From Bugula neritina (lineage: Eukaryota; Animalia; Bryozoa), in NCBI GenBank assembly GCA_964035545.1, contig OZ037767.1:13315801-13379800 (forward strand): a stretch of 64,000 bases of DNA, read 5' to 3'. Positions 1 to 20,494 of this stretch are shown piece after piece. The notes under the pieces were generated by a model, which searched no databases, was not told the DNA's origin, and worked only from the letters and a program-made list of their open reading frames with translations. The first letter of the stretch is position 1; every line of letters begins with the position of its first letter. Position numbers and translations under genes: made by a program.

Positions 1-778
1 ACAACTACAACCGCAGCCCCAACAACTACAACCGTAGCCCCAACAACTACAACCGCAGCCCCAACAACTACAACTGCATCACCAACAACTACAACCTCAG
101 CCCCAACAACTGTAGCACCAACAACCTCAGCACCAACAACTACAACCTCAGCCCCAACAACTGTAGCACCAACAACTACAACTGCAGTCCCAACAACTAC
201 AACCGTAGCCCCAACAACTACAACTGCAGTCCCAACAACTACAACCTCAGCCCCAACAACTGTAGCACCAACATCCTCAGCACCAACAACTACAACCTCA
301 GCCCCAACAACTGTAGCACCAACAACTACAACTGCAGTCCCAACAACTACAACCACAGCACCAACAACTACAACCGCAGCCCCAACAACTACAACCGTAG
401 CCTCAACAACTACAACTGCAGACCCAACAACTACAATCGCAGCCCCAACAACTACAACCGCAGCCCCAACAACTACAACCGTAGCCCCAACAACTACAAC
501 TGCAGCCCCAACAACTACAACCTCAGCACCAACAACTACAACTGCAGCCCCAACAACTACAACCGTAGCCCCAACAACTACAACCGCAGCCCCAACAACT
601 ACAACCGCATCACCAACAACTACAACCTCAGCCCCAACAACTGTAGCACCAACAACCTCAGCACCAACAACTACAACCTCAGCCCCAACAACTGTAGCAC
701 CAACAACCTCAGCACCAACAACTACAACCTCAGCCCCAACAACTGTAGCACCAACAACTGCAGCAGCCACTACTGCAG
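1..778 (+). repeat. Coding ~18-21 bp tandem repeat (mucin PTS domain)
   Basis: acaactacaaccgcagcccca-type units, open in frame 1, encoding TTTT(A/V/S)AP. Confidence 0.9.
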
Positions 779-1611
779 GTAATATTTTATTCATTTTTCA
801 TCTGCTTGCATTCCCATTTTCTACAAATGCCACATTTTGAGCTCAACCAATAGACTTGCGTGTGTTTATTGAAAAACTTTCCTTTCTTTTATAATTTGAA
901 CTTGCTGCATTAAGCGAAACATTACCAAAGTACTATTAAGCAATCTTTGACAGTTATAGCAGTGATATTGTTATATTATCTAACAAATGATTATAAAACT
1001 TATAAGGTAGCTTCATTTGAATTTTATTTTTTGCAATGGCATATGGTGTTAAGTGTTAGCTCTCACCTCAAAACACAAACACTACATTATGTTAATATCA
1101 AGTGAGACATTGCGGTGTCGATGCATGCCTTTCAAGCTTCTCCCACAACTATAACTGTAAAAGTGAAGCAATAGAGAAGACAATGAAGGGCAACAAGAGC
1201 TCTTACTTCTGAAATATATATATAGGTTTTTGCTTATAAAAGCTCTGGGTATGGTTGGAGTTTAATCTGTAAGGAAAATAGGACAGGGTAGCAGGACGTG
1301 ACATGAAACTAAGGGCTGCTTACTCAAAGTTTCAAATTTGACTGTTTTTATTTTGTCTTTTTTTAAAATTTATTGCAATACAAATTTATATTTGTGCTAC
1401 AGTTTCATTAAATCAAGTGTCTGTAACATGAAATAGAGTTTATCTTGAGGCTGGTTGTTGACCACTTTTTTACTTTTCTAAACATAAAGGAAATGATACA
1501 TGTTGCTAGGGAAGACAACTCTAATTGAAACTTGAGTAACATGGTAATAAATACAGAGAACACACTCATTGCACATGCAACATATTGCAACTTAATTTTT
1601 GAAGCTTTTGT

Positions 1612-1642
<31 letters not shown>

Positions 1643-4600
1643 TTATAAAAGAAAAAACAAAAACAGAATTTAGTTTGGCATTTCAGCTTTTTGCAAATAT
1701 AAAGTTTAAGCAAAATAAATTCCTTTGGCATCAACTTTGGCAATAATTGAAAACACTACCAGTTTTGCATCAATTTATCTTTTATTTCCACTAAATAATA
1801 GAAAAGGACTGAAATTTAACCCAATTACATTGATCATACATTTCTGGTTAAATTTTCCATTCTCTTAGAATAGGCTCTTGCCATCTTTATATTTTTAGGT
1901 GCTGCTATCTATAATTGCTATAGCATTTGAGCATCGCTTTTCTTCTCATCAAAAATCAATATTTCTAATTGTTTTATTTTGATTATTTATCATTATTGTA
2001 TTCGACTGTAGCGACTTCATTCAATAAACAATGTGATAATTGCTTGGAAAATGAAGCGTGTAACCAGATCCTTGAAGTATGTGAATGTGACAGCAACTAC
2101 ATTAGAGAAGCATCGACTAACGACTGTGTTGGTGAGTTTGTTATAAAGTAGCAGAATGATATTAGGTGTTTAAAAGATCTACCAACTTCAATGGGAAATG
2201 AGTTTTTGAATTGATTACGCTGCATTTAAAATGACACAGACTCAGTTGTCTACTTCAAAAATAATCATATTTGTTTGCAACTTCTTGTTTACTTTAGAGA
2301 AGGATACAGCCGTTGCAGAGAACACAGTTCAGATTAGCACACAAATCATCTACACATTTCCAAGTGGCTGTAACACTGACATTGAAGATCCAACAACAGT
2401 AGCATATGCTGAGATGAGACTGGCTGTGATTATTCAAGTGAGAAGAATACATAGACTATAATATAAAAATATTAGCTTTATTTTTTTATTCGAAATTACT
2501 TTACTATTTATTTAAAGGTGGTATTTCATCTCCTTTTTTGACATAAAAATGAGGACAATCTACAAAGACAGCCATCATGTGCTGTGAATGGCGCAGTGGA
2601 AACTTTATTTAATTTTAAAATTGTAATTTACACTACAGCTGCAACTGCATACAATGTCTTGGTATTAGATGTCATGTATTGGCTTTGATGTCTATAGTTA
2701 ATTTGTTAATTTGTTAATTTGTTAGTTTGTTCTTACAGATTTACCGAGGTTTCGAATCAGAGGCTTCAACTACTTTTGTTGGAGTTCTAAGCATAACTTT
2801 TTCGTAAGTTTTCAAGGAGTTCATCTTCATAAAAGTGAATAGAAATTAGAACAATTCCAATTATTTCACAGAGTTTTTTGAAAAATTAAGTGCATATAGG
2901 TTCTAGCTAATAGAAACCTAAATTTTTTCTATCCATAAACGTTTTAGATGCGAAGCGCAAAGTAGAAGGAAACGCGCAGTTGATCCAAATGCAAATGTGG
3001 TAGCAAATTTTGATATTGCCATGGATCCACTAGCTGGTGAAGAAGAGCTCAATGTAACAAGCTTAGAAAACATTGTGTCAGAAGCGGTTACCCAGACAGC
3101 TTTAGTTAATATTCAAGTTGGAAACGAAACATCTACAGCAGCTTCAGGAGGGCAGATAGTCATTGTACCAGCTAGTACAACTACCACAGTATCTCCTATG
3201 ACTACCACAGCAGGTATTTGCTAATTAATTCACATTTCTCTAAAGTTAACAGAGCTTTAATCAATGTCTCTCAAGTTTGTTGTGTATAGTTTTCATGTGT
3301 TTCTATTACCCTAATTCTATATTCATCTCACAAAGAAATAATCTGTTGATAGTTTAACAGCCAGATTATGAGACATATGTTTTACTGTAAATAGAAGTTA
3401 TATAACTGTTTTCTTGAAAAACAATATTTCTTTTAAGATTAAAAAATGCAGCTAAAGATTAAAACTATACTATACAATAAAGTCTGTAATAAATTTGGTC
3501 AAATTAGTGTGGAGTTTACCCAGTACAATTACTAGAGAAGGTAATTGTTGACTGATTCATATTTTTTGTATATTTCTTATGTAAATAGAAAGGTTTTTTT
3601 TTGTATGTTATAGTTCATCTATTAGGAATATAATTTTGAGTAAGTTGGTGAACTTGTATGAATGACAAATTGATTTTGTAAAATACCTATAAGACATGCC
3701 ACATTTACTTTCTATTAAAAATTCTTAGTCTTAACAGAAGCAATTGCTCAATTAATTTGGTAGGAAAAACTATTTTCTGCAATCATGGCTCATAAAGAAC
3801 AAAAATACTGTATTGAATCAATGCAATGTTATTTGAATCAAAAAAATTATCTAGATACAATTGAAAATGAAATAGAACTGCTTGAAAATTATTGCTTCAA
3901 TCCTGTGTAGTTATGTTTAACAAAGTTTTAAGCATTTTTAAAATTACTGTTCTTTACAAACAATTCCCCAATATACTGTTTTATTAGGCATTTACTATGA
4001 AAACTTCTTTTTTTAAAAAAGCTATTTATTTTCCATGAAAATTGCTTGGCACTAAATCGAATTTGCAGTAGTAAAGGTTTTACATCAGTAGGATTCCATC
4101 ATAATTTTTTTGAAGAACAAACTAGAGCAGCTGTGTGGCTGGCACCTGTGATATCTGGAACTGTAGCAGGAGTGATACTCTTAGGAGTCATGGGGGTGTT
4201 GCTGGCAGTATGTGTAAGTAACTTACTAACTGTAATAGTAAGTATTATGTGTAAGTAACTTACTAACTGTAATAGTAAGTATATGTGTAAGTAACTTACT
4301 AACTGTAATAGTAAGTATCATGTGTAAGTAACTTACTAACTGTAATAGTAAGTAGTGTGTGTAAGTAACTTACTAACTGTAATAGTAAGTATTATGTGTA
4401 AGTAACTTACTAACTGTAATAGTAAGTATTATGTGTAAGTAACTTACTAACTGTAATAATAAGTATCATGTGTAAGTAACTTACTAACTGTAATAGTAAG
4501 TATTATGTGTAGGGATAAGTCTATTATGCTCTATGCTATCTACTATATAACCAAGAGTAGTAGCATGCAGTATGTACATTATGAATGAATATTTTATTCT

Positions 4601-5417
4601 GTTAAAATTTAAATATATTTTTCCAATTTGCTTTAGCGTTTACCTTTTCGAGAAATCTTTATTTTCATGTAGACAGCCCTTGTATGAATCATTTAAACAA
4701 CTGATAAAAGTTTCTTGTTAGATAAATAAAGATACATAATTGGAATGAGCTTCACTGCTAAAGCCATAGATAGCTATTACTTAGCCAATTATAGTTAAGT
4801 TTTAGAACTATGAATGTTTTAGTGTAACCAACATTTTACTTGTAGATAAGTATGTAACTTGGTATAAGTTTTACCGCTAAAGCTCTGTAGTCAAACTGTT
4901 AAACTAGAAGACCTTTGCAAGTTTTAGAATTATGATATCAAAAAATGGTTTAGTGTAACTGAGCATTCACTTGTAGATACGAAAGACAAACAAACCAAGT
5001 GTTCACAGACAAAGCTCCGTGCTTAATCTACATCCTGCATTAAGATTTAAAGCAAGTAACTACAACACTGGAATGGCCAGATTCCCAGAAAGCTTTGCAG
5101 GATCAGATGGTTCCAGTTCAGAAGACAGCTTTCCTTACAGAAAAAGAAACCCCATGTGGCCAGGTGGAGCTAGCAGAAAGTGAGTGTGTAAAAGTTATAC
5201 AACCACATTTGCAAACGTAAAGATATCAGCGCTAAAAGCAGAAACAATATACTTTTTATATAGATGTTTACAAAAAAAAATCAGTTTTTGACAATGTAGT
5301 AGCTCACATAGATATATACTATAAACCATCAGCATTAGATGTATTCAATTTATATATTACTGTAGGTATCAGCCAGAACCCAGCCACAAAGTTTGGAGAA
5401 ATGACTTCTTAGCCTAA
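1..5417 (+). CDS. Transmembrane mucin-like protein, 5'-partial (Thr/Pro/Ala repeats, EGF-like, SEA-like domain, TM helix, cytoplasmic tail)
   Basis: Phase-consistent GT-AG exons: 1-778 (TTTTAAP repeats), 2012-2131 (CDNC...C...CEC...C, EGF-like), 2298-2437, 2739-2803, 2948-3213 (SEA-like with SRRKR), 4116-4213 (TM WLAPVISGTVAGVILLGVMGVLLAVC), 4977-5179, 5366-5417 (ends NDFLA-TAA). Confidence 0.85.
4214..4510 (+). repeat. Intronic 37-bp minisatellite, about 8 copies, starting at the splice donor
   Basis: Unit gtaagtaacttactaactgtaatagtaagtattatgt. Confidence 0.95.
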
Positions 5418-6761
5418 CGTAGCCTCAAGAAAGATTTAGTATTGGTCAACTATAAAGTAGTGTGTTTGTTCAAACTAACCATGCTTTAACATGACTATTC
5501 TAAGGCTTTACTCAAGTTTGCTGTTGCATCATATATCCCTGTATCCTTCAAACATCTCACAATTTTGAGTTTTAAAGTATGCCATGAAATAACAGTATTT
5601 CTAAAAAATTTTGTAAAAGATTAATATTTTTTATAAAGCTGTATAAATCAACTTTTTACTTTTTCTATAAATTTTTGATAAGACCCATAAAACTATATTT
5701 TGTGTATAGTATCATATTTAAAGGTTTTATATTATAAATTATTTAAACAATGTTTTATAATCATTGCAAATCCAGTTATACATTACAAATTTTAATATTC
5801 AAGGCTCATTTTTGTCAAATAAAAATTCTATACCTTAAGCATGTTGTTTGTCGGAGGTTTATTTTGTTGGAACAATTACAGAGAAACGAACTTTCACAAG
5901 CACACTACTATTTGTTCGAAAAGCAGCAAAAGAAGTGATCTAGAAAATAATGCATATGAAAGCTACAAAACTCTATACAATTCGAGCTATAAAAATATGA
6001 AAAGCTAGCTGAGAAAATTCTGATTCATCAACAGACAAAACCTTAGCAGCTATTTCTTCTAACACTCTCAAAATAAACCAGAGCTAGTTTGACTTTTACA
6101 CCCTATACATATTACATAGAGGTACCTATAGCAGGTAGAATCTTGAGTAGGATATCTGCTTAAAACAAGAAGTACCTACAACATAGTGACCAAAACAGCA
6201 TGGTTTCATAACACACATTTATTTCAACAGGGTGAAATAATTCCACATATTCAACTTGTATTGGCTAAATACAATATATAGTTTTAGAGGTCTGACATAT
6301 TATGTTTGATAAACATATAATGTTTGGTTTGATTGGTGTCTGAGTTATTTGGGCGTTGTCACATGACTCATGAACATTAACATGTACACTGGATCAGCTG
6401 CACCTAATAGAGTGGTGTTCCTTTGTTCAAGTGCAAGCATAACGTAGACATTGGTGTTAAGTATCACTGTATAGCCACAGAAGCACAATAGTCACTGGAT
6501 ACAGTATCATGATAATACAGCTTTTTACTAATAGCTGACCTGGTAAATCCAGAAAGTACTGAACACAACCCCTATCCAAGTTCCTTTGCAGCAAAATTGA
6601 CATCTAAATATATCTCATGATAATAACAATCAGTGGAGAAATGTAATTTCTCAAATTGTAATATATTGCAAACATTGAGACTCAAGATGAATGCATCAGT
6701 GGCTCTATTATAATACACTTCACTGAGCATTCTTTACAGCACATTTTACTCATGAAATCAT

Positions 6762-6947
6762 GCGTATATGTCTATGTATATGTCTATGTATATGTATATG
6801 TATATGTGTATGTATATGTCTATGTATATGTCTATGTATATGTCTATGTATGTGTATATGTATATGTCTATGTATATGTCTATGTATATGTCTATGTATA
6901 TGTATACGTCTATGTATATGTCTATGTATACGTCTATGTATATGTCT
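6762..6947. repeat. Degenerate (TATGTC/TATGTA)n microsatellite
   Basis: Seen directly; explains the spurious HIHR/VYVY ORFs. Confidence 0.95.
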
Positions 6948-9822
6948 GAATTTAAGCACTTAACTTCAGTTTGTTATGAATTCTGCCATGTTTTTAAAAT
7001 CCTAGCTAAATTCGGTCTTCCTAATATGTAACAGCTATTACTCCTTTCTTCTGGTTTTTAAGTTGCACTTCACACAAAAATATGCCTGAATTTTTTTCTC
7101 ACCTCTAATTGCTAAGAATTTGCTAGAGTTGACTCGAAATTCTTGGTTTGAACCGTTGACAGCTATTCTATTTTTACTTATCATAGCATGTCTTGGTCTC
7201 TCCCTTAAAGCGGTTTCTTGATAAGTCACAGAAAAAAGCTAATAAAATATGAATGAGCCGTTACAATGGCATACAAATCACATTTAAGAACAGCTTTCAG
7301 TTTTGGAAGTTCCTCCGTTTCATCAGAAATAACAGCATTTTAAGCAGGCAAAGTTGTGAAACACAGCGGTCTGTGGTCGATTTATTTTTAAATAGCATTC
7401 ATAAGAGCACCTAATACATATTATATATTCTTATGATTCATATATGTAGTATAAGATTGAGTTCAACATTTGAAGTAGGTGTTATAGGGGCTTACCAGAA
7501 TCAGACTCTATATAAGGGTCTAAAAGGATGTTGTGAATTCAATGGAATTGAAAGCAGTAATCCAAATGTTGTGTGTTATACTTATCACAAATTGACTAGT
7601 TACATAAGCAATGCTTTATGAATTTGGTGGAAAAACTATTATTGCCATCAACTAGGCTTCATCCATACTTTCTGTTGTGATAGCAATAATTTTGCCTGAA
7701 ATTAGATAGAAATGACTTTTATAATGGCAATACATAGGGAGGGGGGGGGGTAGCTTGTTGCTCGAAGACATTAGTCTGTCCACAACCTGCATGCTCAGAC
7801 TTAGAGTAGCACCTGCAGCGTTTCATGTTTCAATTTCAGTCCATCAGTCTAGAACACCTTGTTCTAGTTTTTAGCAATTTAAAAGTTGGTTGGTTTTGCG
7901 AAAAATAGAAGTACGTGCCAATGATCTTGGAATAAGGCACCGCCAGATCTATTTTTCTAATGATAGACTTAAGCTTAGTTACATTATATATTTTAAATGA
8001 TGGAAAAGTTTATGGGTATTCCCTTTGTAAATTTACGTAAGATACTGTGCTAAATTAAATTTGTCTGCGTAAATTGAATGTTAATGTAATAAAAAAAGCA
8101 TTCATTTAACCAAGAGCTTTGCTTTATAAACATTGCTTATATTTAATATATAGCTAAATTTTGATTTATTGGTGAAGCTCAATCGTACAACTTTATTTAA
8201 ACTTTTCTCAAAGGCCCAGAAAAATCTGTCATGTTGCTATTAACACTTTTTGTGAAAATAGCCATGATATGTAAAATGATAAAAACAATTATAATCAGAC
8301 ATAGATTCACATATATTAATAGTATTTACGGCTGATGCAAGAATGATATACATCACCTGAAAATATCCAGGGCTTGTTCTTTTTCCATGTTTTACTTTCT
8401 TCAAAATACCTAATTTCACATAACATCACAAAAGTTAAATCCAAAAAAGTGAATAAACGGAGTTATGAGTATCAGCAGACAGTTTTCCTTATATACAACA
8501 GAAAAAAGCAATAATTATTCAGGATAATTAACTGATTTAGACATAACTTGGGGGAAGACAACTACCAAATGGTCAAGAAGGTTGGAGGAAGTTTTGTGGC
8601 TAGCTGGGTGAACAGAACATGCAGTCAAAAGCTGTCACAAATTGAATAGAATCCTAAAACTCTCTATTTTTAAAAAAGCAGTGTGGCCCATCCTGCAAGT
8701 GTGATGAGTGAAAGATAAATGGAGGGCATTTCTAGACTAAAATACAAAATACATTTATGTATCTAGCTGTTAGTGAATATGCTTTTGGCTTTAAACAGAT
8801 ACATTTTTAACAAATAGAGCTAAATACTTAAAAAAAGTTTTTAATTTCCAGCCCTTTCCAGATGTCTTATTGAAGCTTAAGTCGAAAAGCATAAGTTTGT
8901 GTGACAAGTTCTGCATCACTGTTAGCAGATTGGAGTTAGCACTTAAAGGATAAGGGGTAAAGTTTTAATAAAGGCAGCAAAATTTTACACTTCATAGAAA
9001 ATCAACAGTTTTTTTGGAAAAAAAATTCCAACATGTGTTGCGGGAATCAAAGAACACTCTCTATGAGAAAAAATTCCAGAGCAAGGAAAAGGTACCTAGC
9101 ACAAATAATACATTCATTAGAATGCAGCTGAAATTCACAGAAAAAATAAACAGTACAAAAGATCTAACTGGAATTAAATGAGTTGTAATTTTAGTTTTTA
9201 GGGTTGGGAAGGGCCAAGTTAGCAGCTCTGAGAACAAAGTAAGCAGGTTGAGATGATTAACAAAATCTATGCTTTATAGAATGAAGCAATTCGAAGTGAT
9301 GACTCACATACTACAGCAGATGGTACTGACACTAGTACTACAACAAACAATGAACAAATGTCAACTGAGCATATTTGTAGCAAGTGTAACTACCACACCC
9401 ACCACTACCACACAGCAGCACACATTGCAGCAGTAATTCATATATATATGTGTGTGTGTGTGTGCGTGTGGGGTTTGGGGTTGTGTGTGTGTGTACAATA
9501 ATATCCCACTTTAGTAGTGCATAAAACTACAACAGATGTATGACAGAACTACTTTAGACTCAAGTCTTAAATTATACTAAACATGTTAATAGCGAAAGCC
9601 CACAATAATATCCTAATTATCTCTTGATTTATGAATCATTAGATTCCATCACTTTGTTGTAAGATGAATATTGAAACACAACATAGAATGTAAAAAGATC
9701 GTATCCATCATAAATTAACATGGTTCATTATGTGTGGGCGTTAAGCACATGATTGGATTCCTTAGTCACGAGAATATGCATGGACCATTGCACTATAACT
9801 ATCATGTTTTAGTTCATTGGTA

Positions 9823-9826
<4 letters not shown>

Positions 9827-9872
<46 letters not shown>
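9827..9872. repeat. (TA)n microsatellite
   Basis: Seen directly. Confidence 0.95.
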
Positions 9873-9873
<1 letters not shown>

Positions 9874-10695
9874 CATTTGATTGATGACTTGTCTACTCTC
9901 TAACTTATACAGACAACTCCAAAAACAATGACTTCCTTTTTTTATTGGACAAATTCGAAGTACAATATACAATATTTACTGACCCTTTGGCAAAGTGCGT
10001 AAACCTGCATATGATAAAGGAATGCATTTAATTAAGAAATACTGTAGACAGTTTAAAGCATCTACGAACTATCCAACTACTCTACTAACATAATGTCATT
10101 CAACTACAATATTATTAAGATTATTCTTGCATTCTTGTTGCTTCAACATATCAGGTATACCAGACCACAGACTTGCTAGTGATAAAATGGAATCACTATT
10201 CTGTATTCAATTCATTAGTAGTCCACAGGCAGTAAATGCAATTATAGGGTAACTTATTAAAACTTTATTGCAGTAAAAATAGAATATTCAGCGAAATAAT
10301 ATCTAGATTCCACATAATATATTTGTACAATATATACAGCCACATACTACTACAATAAATTCAGTAATTGTATAGGTGGATTTATTACAAATACTTTATT
10401 CTAAGTCCCACTATGATTCTCAACAATCCCTGTGCCATACCAAAACAGATTAGCTTTCAGTTTGCTAATAAGTTAGGTAATAGTTGTTGGTTACTTTTTA
10501 CACAAGAATAAGTTCTATTTTCTAAAAAATGAATATTTACAGAAGGATTTGCAGACCTATTTTCTATCACACTTTGTCATTGAAGTGTTATTGATGAGAT
10601 GCTATTGAGTATACAGCTACTAAAAGAGCACATAGCAACGTCCAGATACAACAAACAGGAAGTGAGTGGTGTTGGTTACATCTAAGCCCATGGTC

Positions 10696-16479
<5,784 letters not shown>

Positions 16480-17123
16480 TGTTGTATGTTGCCACTGCTT
16501 TAAAAGTAGAGAGACTTCAAACTCGTAAGCCTAAAGAATATAGCATTTCAAATTCACATTTACTTAAATAATGGCGAGAATATGATGGCTAGGTTATTGG
16601 CAGGAGAGAATATTCAATAGCACATCATTCCCAATGGTATTAAACACATCAGCTCCTATGTATCAACAGAGTGAATTTCAGTTTTTTATAAGGCTAAGAA
16701 TCAACATGATTGGTACGCACCCCATGAGTGAGAGGATGACTTCTAGCTCTTAACAATATTAACAAGCTCGGTACACATAATAAATATTTATATTTAAAAC
16801 ATCCTTTAGTGATGGAACACATAAATAGTAGTCAAAACTCACGATGATTGTGCTCAAATACCAAAATGTAATTCATAACAATTAAAACTGCAACTATAAT
16901 GTTTTATAGTATGAAATTTTAATTTTTTTTGGTATATTAGGCCTGTATGACAAATATGTTACCAAAGAACATAGCATGATGTGCTCAAATTGTATGTATT
17001 TGAATTTCATAATATCGAAATTTGAAACAAAGCAAATAGAATTATCTTGAGTTAGCCTATAAACAGTAAATATGTACTAGGGTTAAATTTACTGCAGAAG
17101 AAACTAACCAAGTCAAGAGCAAA

Positions 17124-17480
<357 letters not shown>

Positions 17481-17508
17481 AAGAAAAGAGCAATTTAATT
17501 AGATGTTT

Positions 17509-17559
17509 TATTGCGCTACCAATAGTTTCATGCCTCTTCGGCACTCCTCAGGCACAATA
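17509..17559 (-). ncRNA. Minimal type I hammerhead ribozyme (left PLE arm)
   Basis: Minus strand: stem I tattgtgc, CUGAGGA, stem II gtgc/gcat, GAAAC, short stem III, GUA, then gcgcaata closing stem I. Confidence 0.85.
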
Positions 17560-17680
17560 TTGGTGGATTTAAATTTTTACATTAAGAAAATCAACATGCT
17601 AAACATAACGTAGAACATAACGCAAACATAGCATTGGCTTCGTTGTTATATAGGTTTGTAAGTGTAATTAAATATAATAT

Positions 17681-18101
17681 GGGTCATTTTACTTAATTTA
17701 GTACACACTCGAAATCTCCAGTTTTTAGCTATTTTTTACAATTTAGTTGCTAATTTATATGAGTTTTTGCCTATAACTAATAGCATATCAATAAATACAA
17801 TTAAATAGTCAAGGTTATTTTTAATTTTCCTTAATTTCCCATATTTTTCTTAATTGTGTAGCTAATTTGGGTTTGCAGACCGTTATGGTTTTTTCGTAAC
17901 GGTAGCTCATATATAATATTAAGTGCATATGACAATGACGCGCAGTTTAATGGTGAGGAATCCCCTCCCAGCCTTTTATTTTATGCATAATTAGAACTAG
18001 CACATAAAACTATCACATATAGTAGATTTCAATGGATTTTGAGCAAACTTTAATGTTAGGTCATAATTTGCTGGTGTGCACTAAATGAAGTAAACTAACT
18101 C
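17681..18101 (+). mobile_element. Non-autonomous DNA transposon (Sola2-like MITE) inserted in the left PLE arm
   Basis: Imperfect TIRs GGGTCATTTTACTTAATTTAGT / ACTAAATGAAGTAAACTAACTC and 4-bp TSD ATAT, confirmed by the empty site in the right arm. GRG...CYC termini with a 4-bp TSD fit Sola2. Confidence 0.85.
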
Positions 18102-19409
18102 ATATAAAATAAACACATAATGTAAAAACACAATTTATAGCAGATGCATGAAGTTGTTGTTGGGTGATTATACTTTATAAGTATTTGGATATTATAAACT
18201 ATAGTACAAAAAATATAAATAGGCTGCAGAGTTTCTAGGTTTTGTGGTTGCACAGTAAGAATTTTTTTGAGCGTCGGCAGGTTTGACAAGAGTTCGTTTC
18301 GCTTGTTTAAAGTGCACATGCTGGGTTTGTATAAAATAAAGAAACATTCCCATAGGCATAAATTACACCTTTTGGTAATTGTGTTGTATGGTTTCGCTTT
18401 CCTTAATATTTTCCAACTTAAATTATGTTTAATGTTTTTGCTAGATAGTTGCCAAATGTATTTTCTAAGTTCAGTTTGGTTTGCTTTTTCCTTGTTTTTG
18501 AATGATGATTTATGGTTTGCGTATCTTAGTTTGAACGGTCCTTCACTTAGGCCAATGTATGTTGCAGGTTCGTTTTCGGTGGTTTCTACAGTTGCTTGGT
18601 ATATTACTCTGCTCTCCTGACAGTTTCCTTTCAGTGGGCAACTTTCTTTTTCTCTGCAGTTGCATTTTTTTCTGGGGGGAATTGTTTTGTTGCTTCTGTT
18701 TCTCTAAAATTCCGATATTGTGGGCATTTATGGTCTGTTTTATGTTTGGCATGCAGCTGTAACTAACTTTTATATTGTTTTTGTTGATTATTTTATAGAG
18801 TGGGTGTTGATTCGGAAATTCCTCATTCATGATTTTAAAGAAGTTTTTTGCAATTTTTGTGGTTACGTGTTGGCTGTATGGTGAATTGTACCAAACAACT
18901 TTTCTTTTTCAGTTTCGGGATTTCTGTTGTGTTTTGTCTGTTTGTGTTCTTGGTAGGAATTGTAGTTGGTGTTTATAGCCACTTTGGTTTAGGAGGTTTT
19001 GGTGGTTGTAGGTGGATTGTGTGAAAGTTTTCTAATTAGATGATATTGACGACAGTCGTTTGTAAACAGACAAGGGTAGGTTGGAGATTATGCATGGTGG
19101 GTGGTTGGATTTTCTATGAATATATTTAGTAGAACTGTTTGGCTTAGTGTATGGTGTGTAAGTTGTGTTGTTTAGGTTGAGCGTGGTGTCTAAGAAGTTG
19201 AGAATTTTTTTATTTGCTTCGATTGTTATTCTTAATCCATTTTCAGAAAATATTTTGCAGATATCCTTTTTTATGTTCGCAATTTCTTTTGGTGTTTTGT
19301 CGGAGACTCCTAAGCCATCATCCCTGTACAGGCCGAAGCTTTTGCCATGCTTTTGTGTTATTAGGTTTAAAATGTACGCCCCAATCGATGCAAATAAAAA
19401 AACCTACCC

Positions 19410-20255
19410 TTGTCTGTTAACAAACGACTGTCGTCAAAATCATCTAATGAGAAAATTTTCACACAATCCACCTACAACCACCAAAACCTAAACCAAAGTG
19501 GCTATGAACACCAACTACAATTCCAACCAAGAACACAAACAGACAACACACAACAGAAATCCCGAAACCGAAAAAGAAAAGTTGTTTGGTACAATCCACC
19601 ATACAGCCAACACGTAACCACAAAAATTGCAACAAACTTCTTTAAAATCATGATTGAGGAATTTCCGAAACAACACCCACTCTATAAAATAATCAACAAA
19701 AACAATATAAAAGTTAGCTACAGCTGCATGCCAAACATAAAACAGACCATAAATGCCCACAATAACAGAATTTTAGAGAAACAGAAGCAACAAAACAAAA
19801 CCCCCAGAAAAAACTGCAAATGCAGAGAAAAAGAAAGTTGCCCACTGAAAGGAAACTGTCAGGAGAGCAGAGTAATGTACCAAGCAACTGTAGAAACCAC
19901 CGAAAACGAACCTGCAACACACATTGGCCTAAGTGAAGGACCGTTCAAACTAAGATACGCAAACCACAAATCATCATTCAAAAACAAGGAAAAAGCAAAT
20001 CAAACAGAACTTAGCAAATACATTTGGCAATTAACTAGCAAAAACATTAAACATAATTTAAGTTGGAAAATATTAAGGAAAGCAAAACCATACAACACAA
20101 TTACCAAAAGGTGTAATTTATGCCTCTGGGAATGTTTCTTTATTTTATACAAACCCAGCATGTGTACTTTGAACGAGCGAAACGAACTCTTGTCAAACCT
20201 GCCGACGCTCAAAAAAATTCTTACTGTGCAACCACAAAACTTAGAAACTCTGTAG
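19410..20255 (+). pseudogene. Penelope-like RT thumb plus GIY-YIG endonuclease ORF (5'-truncated)
   Basis: 281-aa ORF with VMYQAT...HIG GIY-YIG-like motif, a Cys cluster, and a frameshift near the C-terminus. Confidence 0.88.
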
Positions 20256-20494
20256 ACTATTTATATTTTATGTACTATAGTAAATAATATCCAAATACCT
20301 ATAAAGTATAATCACCCAACAACAACTTCATGCATCTGCTATAAATTGTGTTTTTACATTATGTGTTTATTTTATATTATATTTAATTACACTTACAAAC
20401 CTATATAACAACGAAGCCACTGCTATGTTTGCGTTATGTTCTACGTTATGTTTAGCATGTTGATTTTCTTAATGTAAAAATTTAAATCCACCAA

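Noticed and set aside
6750-7031. ORFs with HIHR / VYVY / CICL repeats
   Set aside because: Translations of a microsatellite.
6200-10650. Hidden gene between the mucin and ILF2
   Set aside because: No coherent exon chain or protein motif found; minus-strand AATAAA sites are compatible with UTR or intergenic DNA.
18200-20260. Selenoprotein-type Naiad element
   Set aside because: No in-frame TGA at the Cys positions in either arm, and no SECIS I could support.
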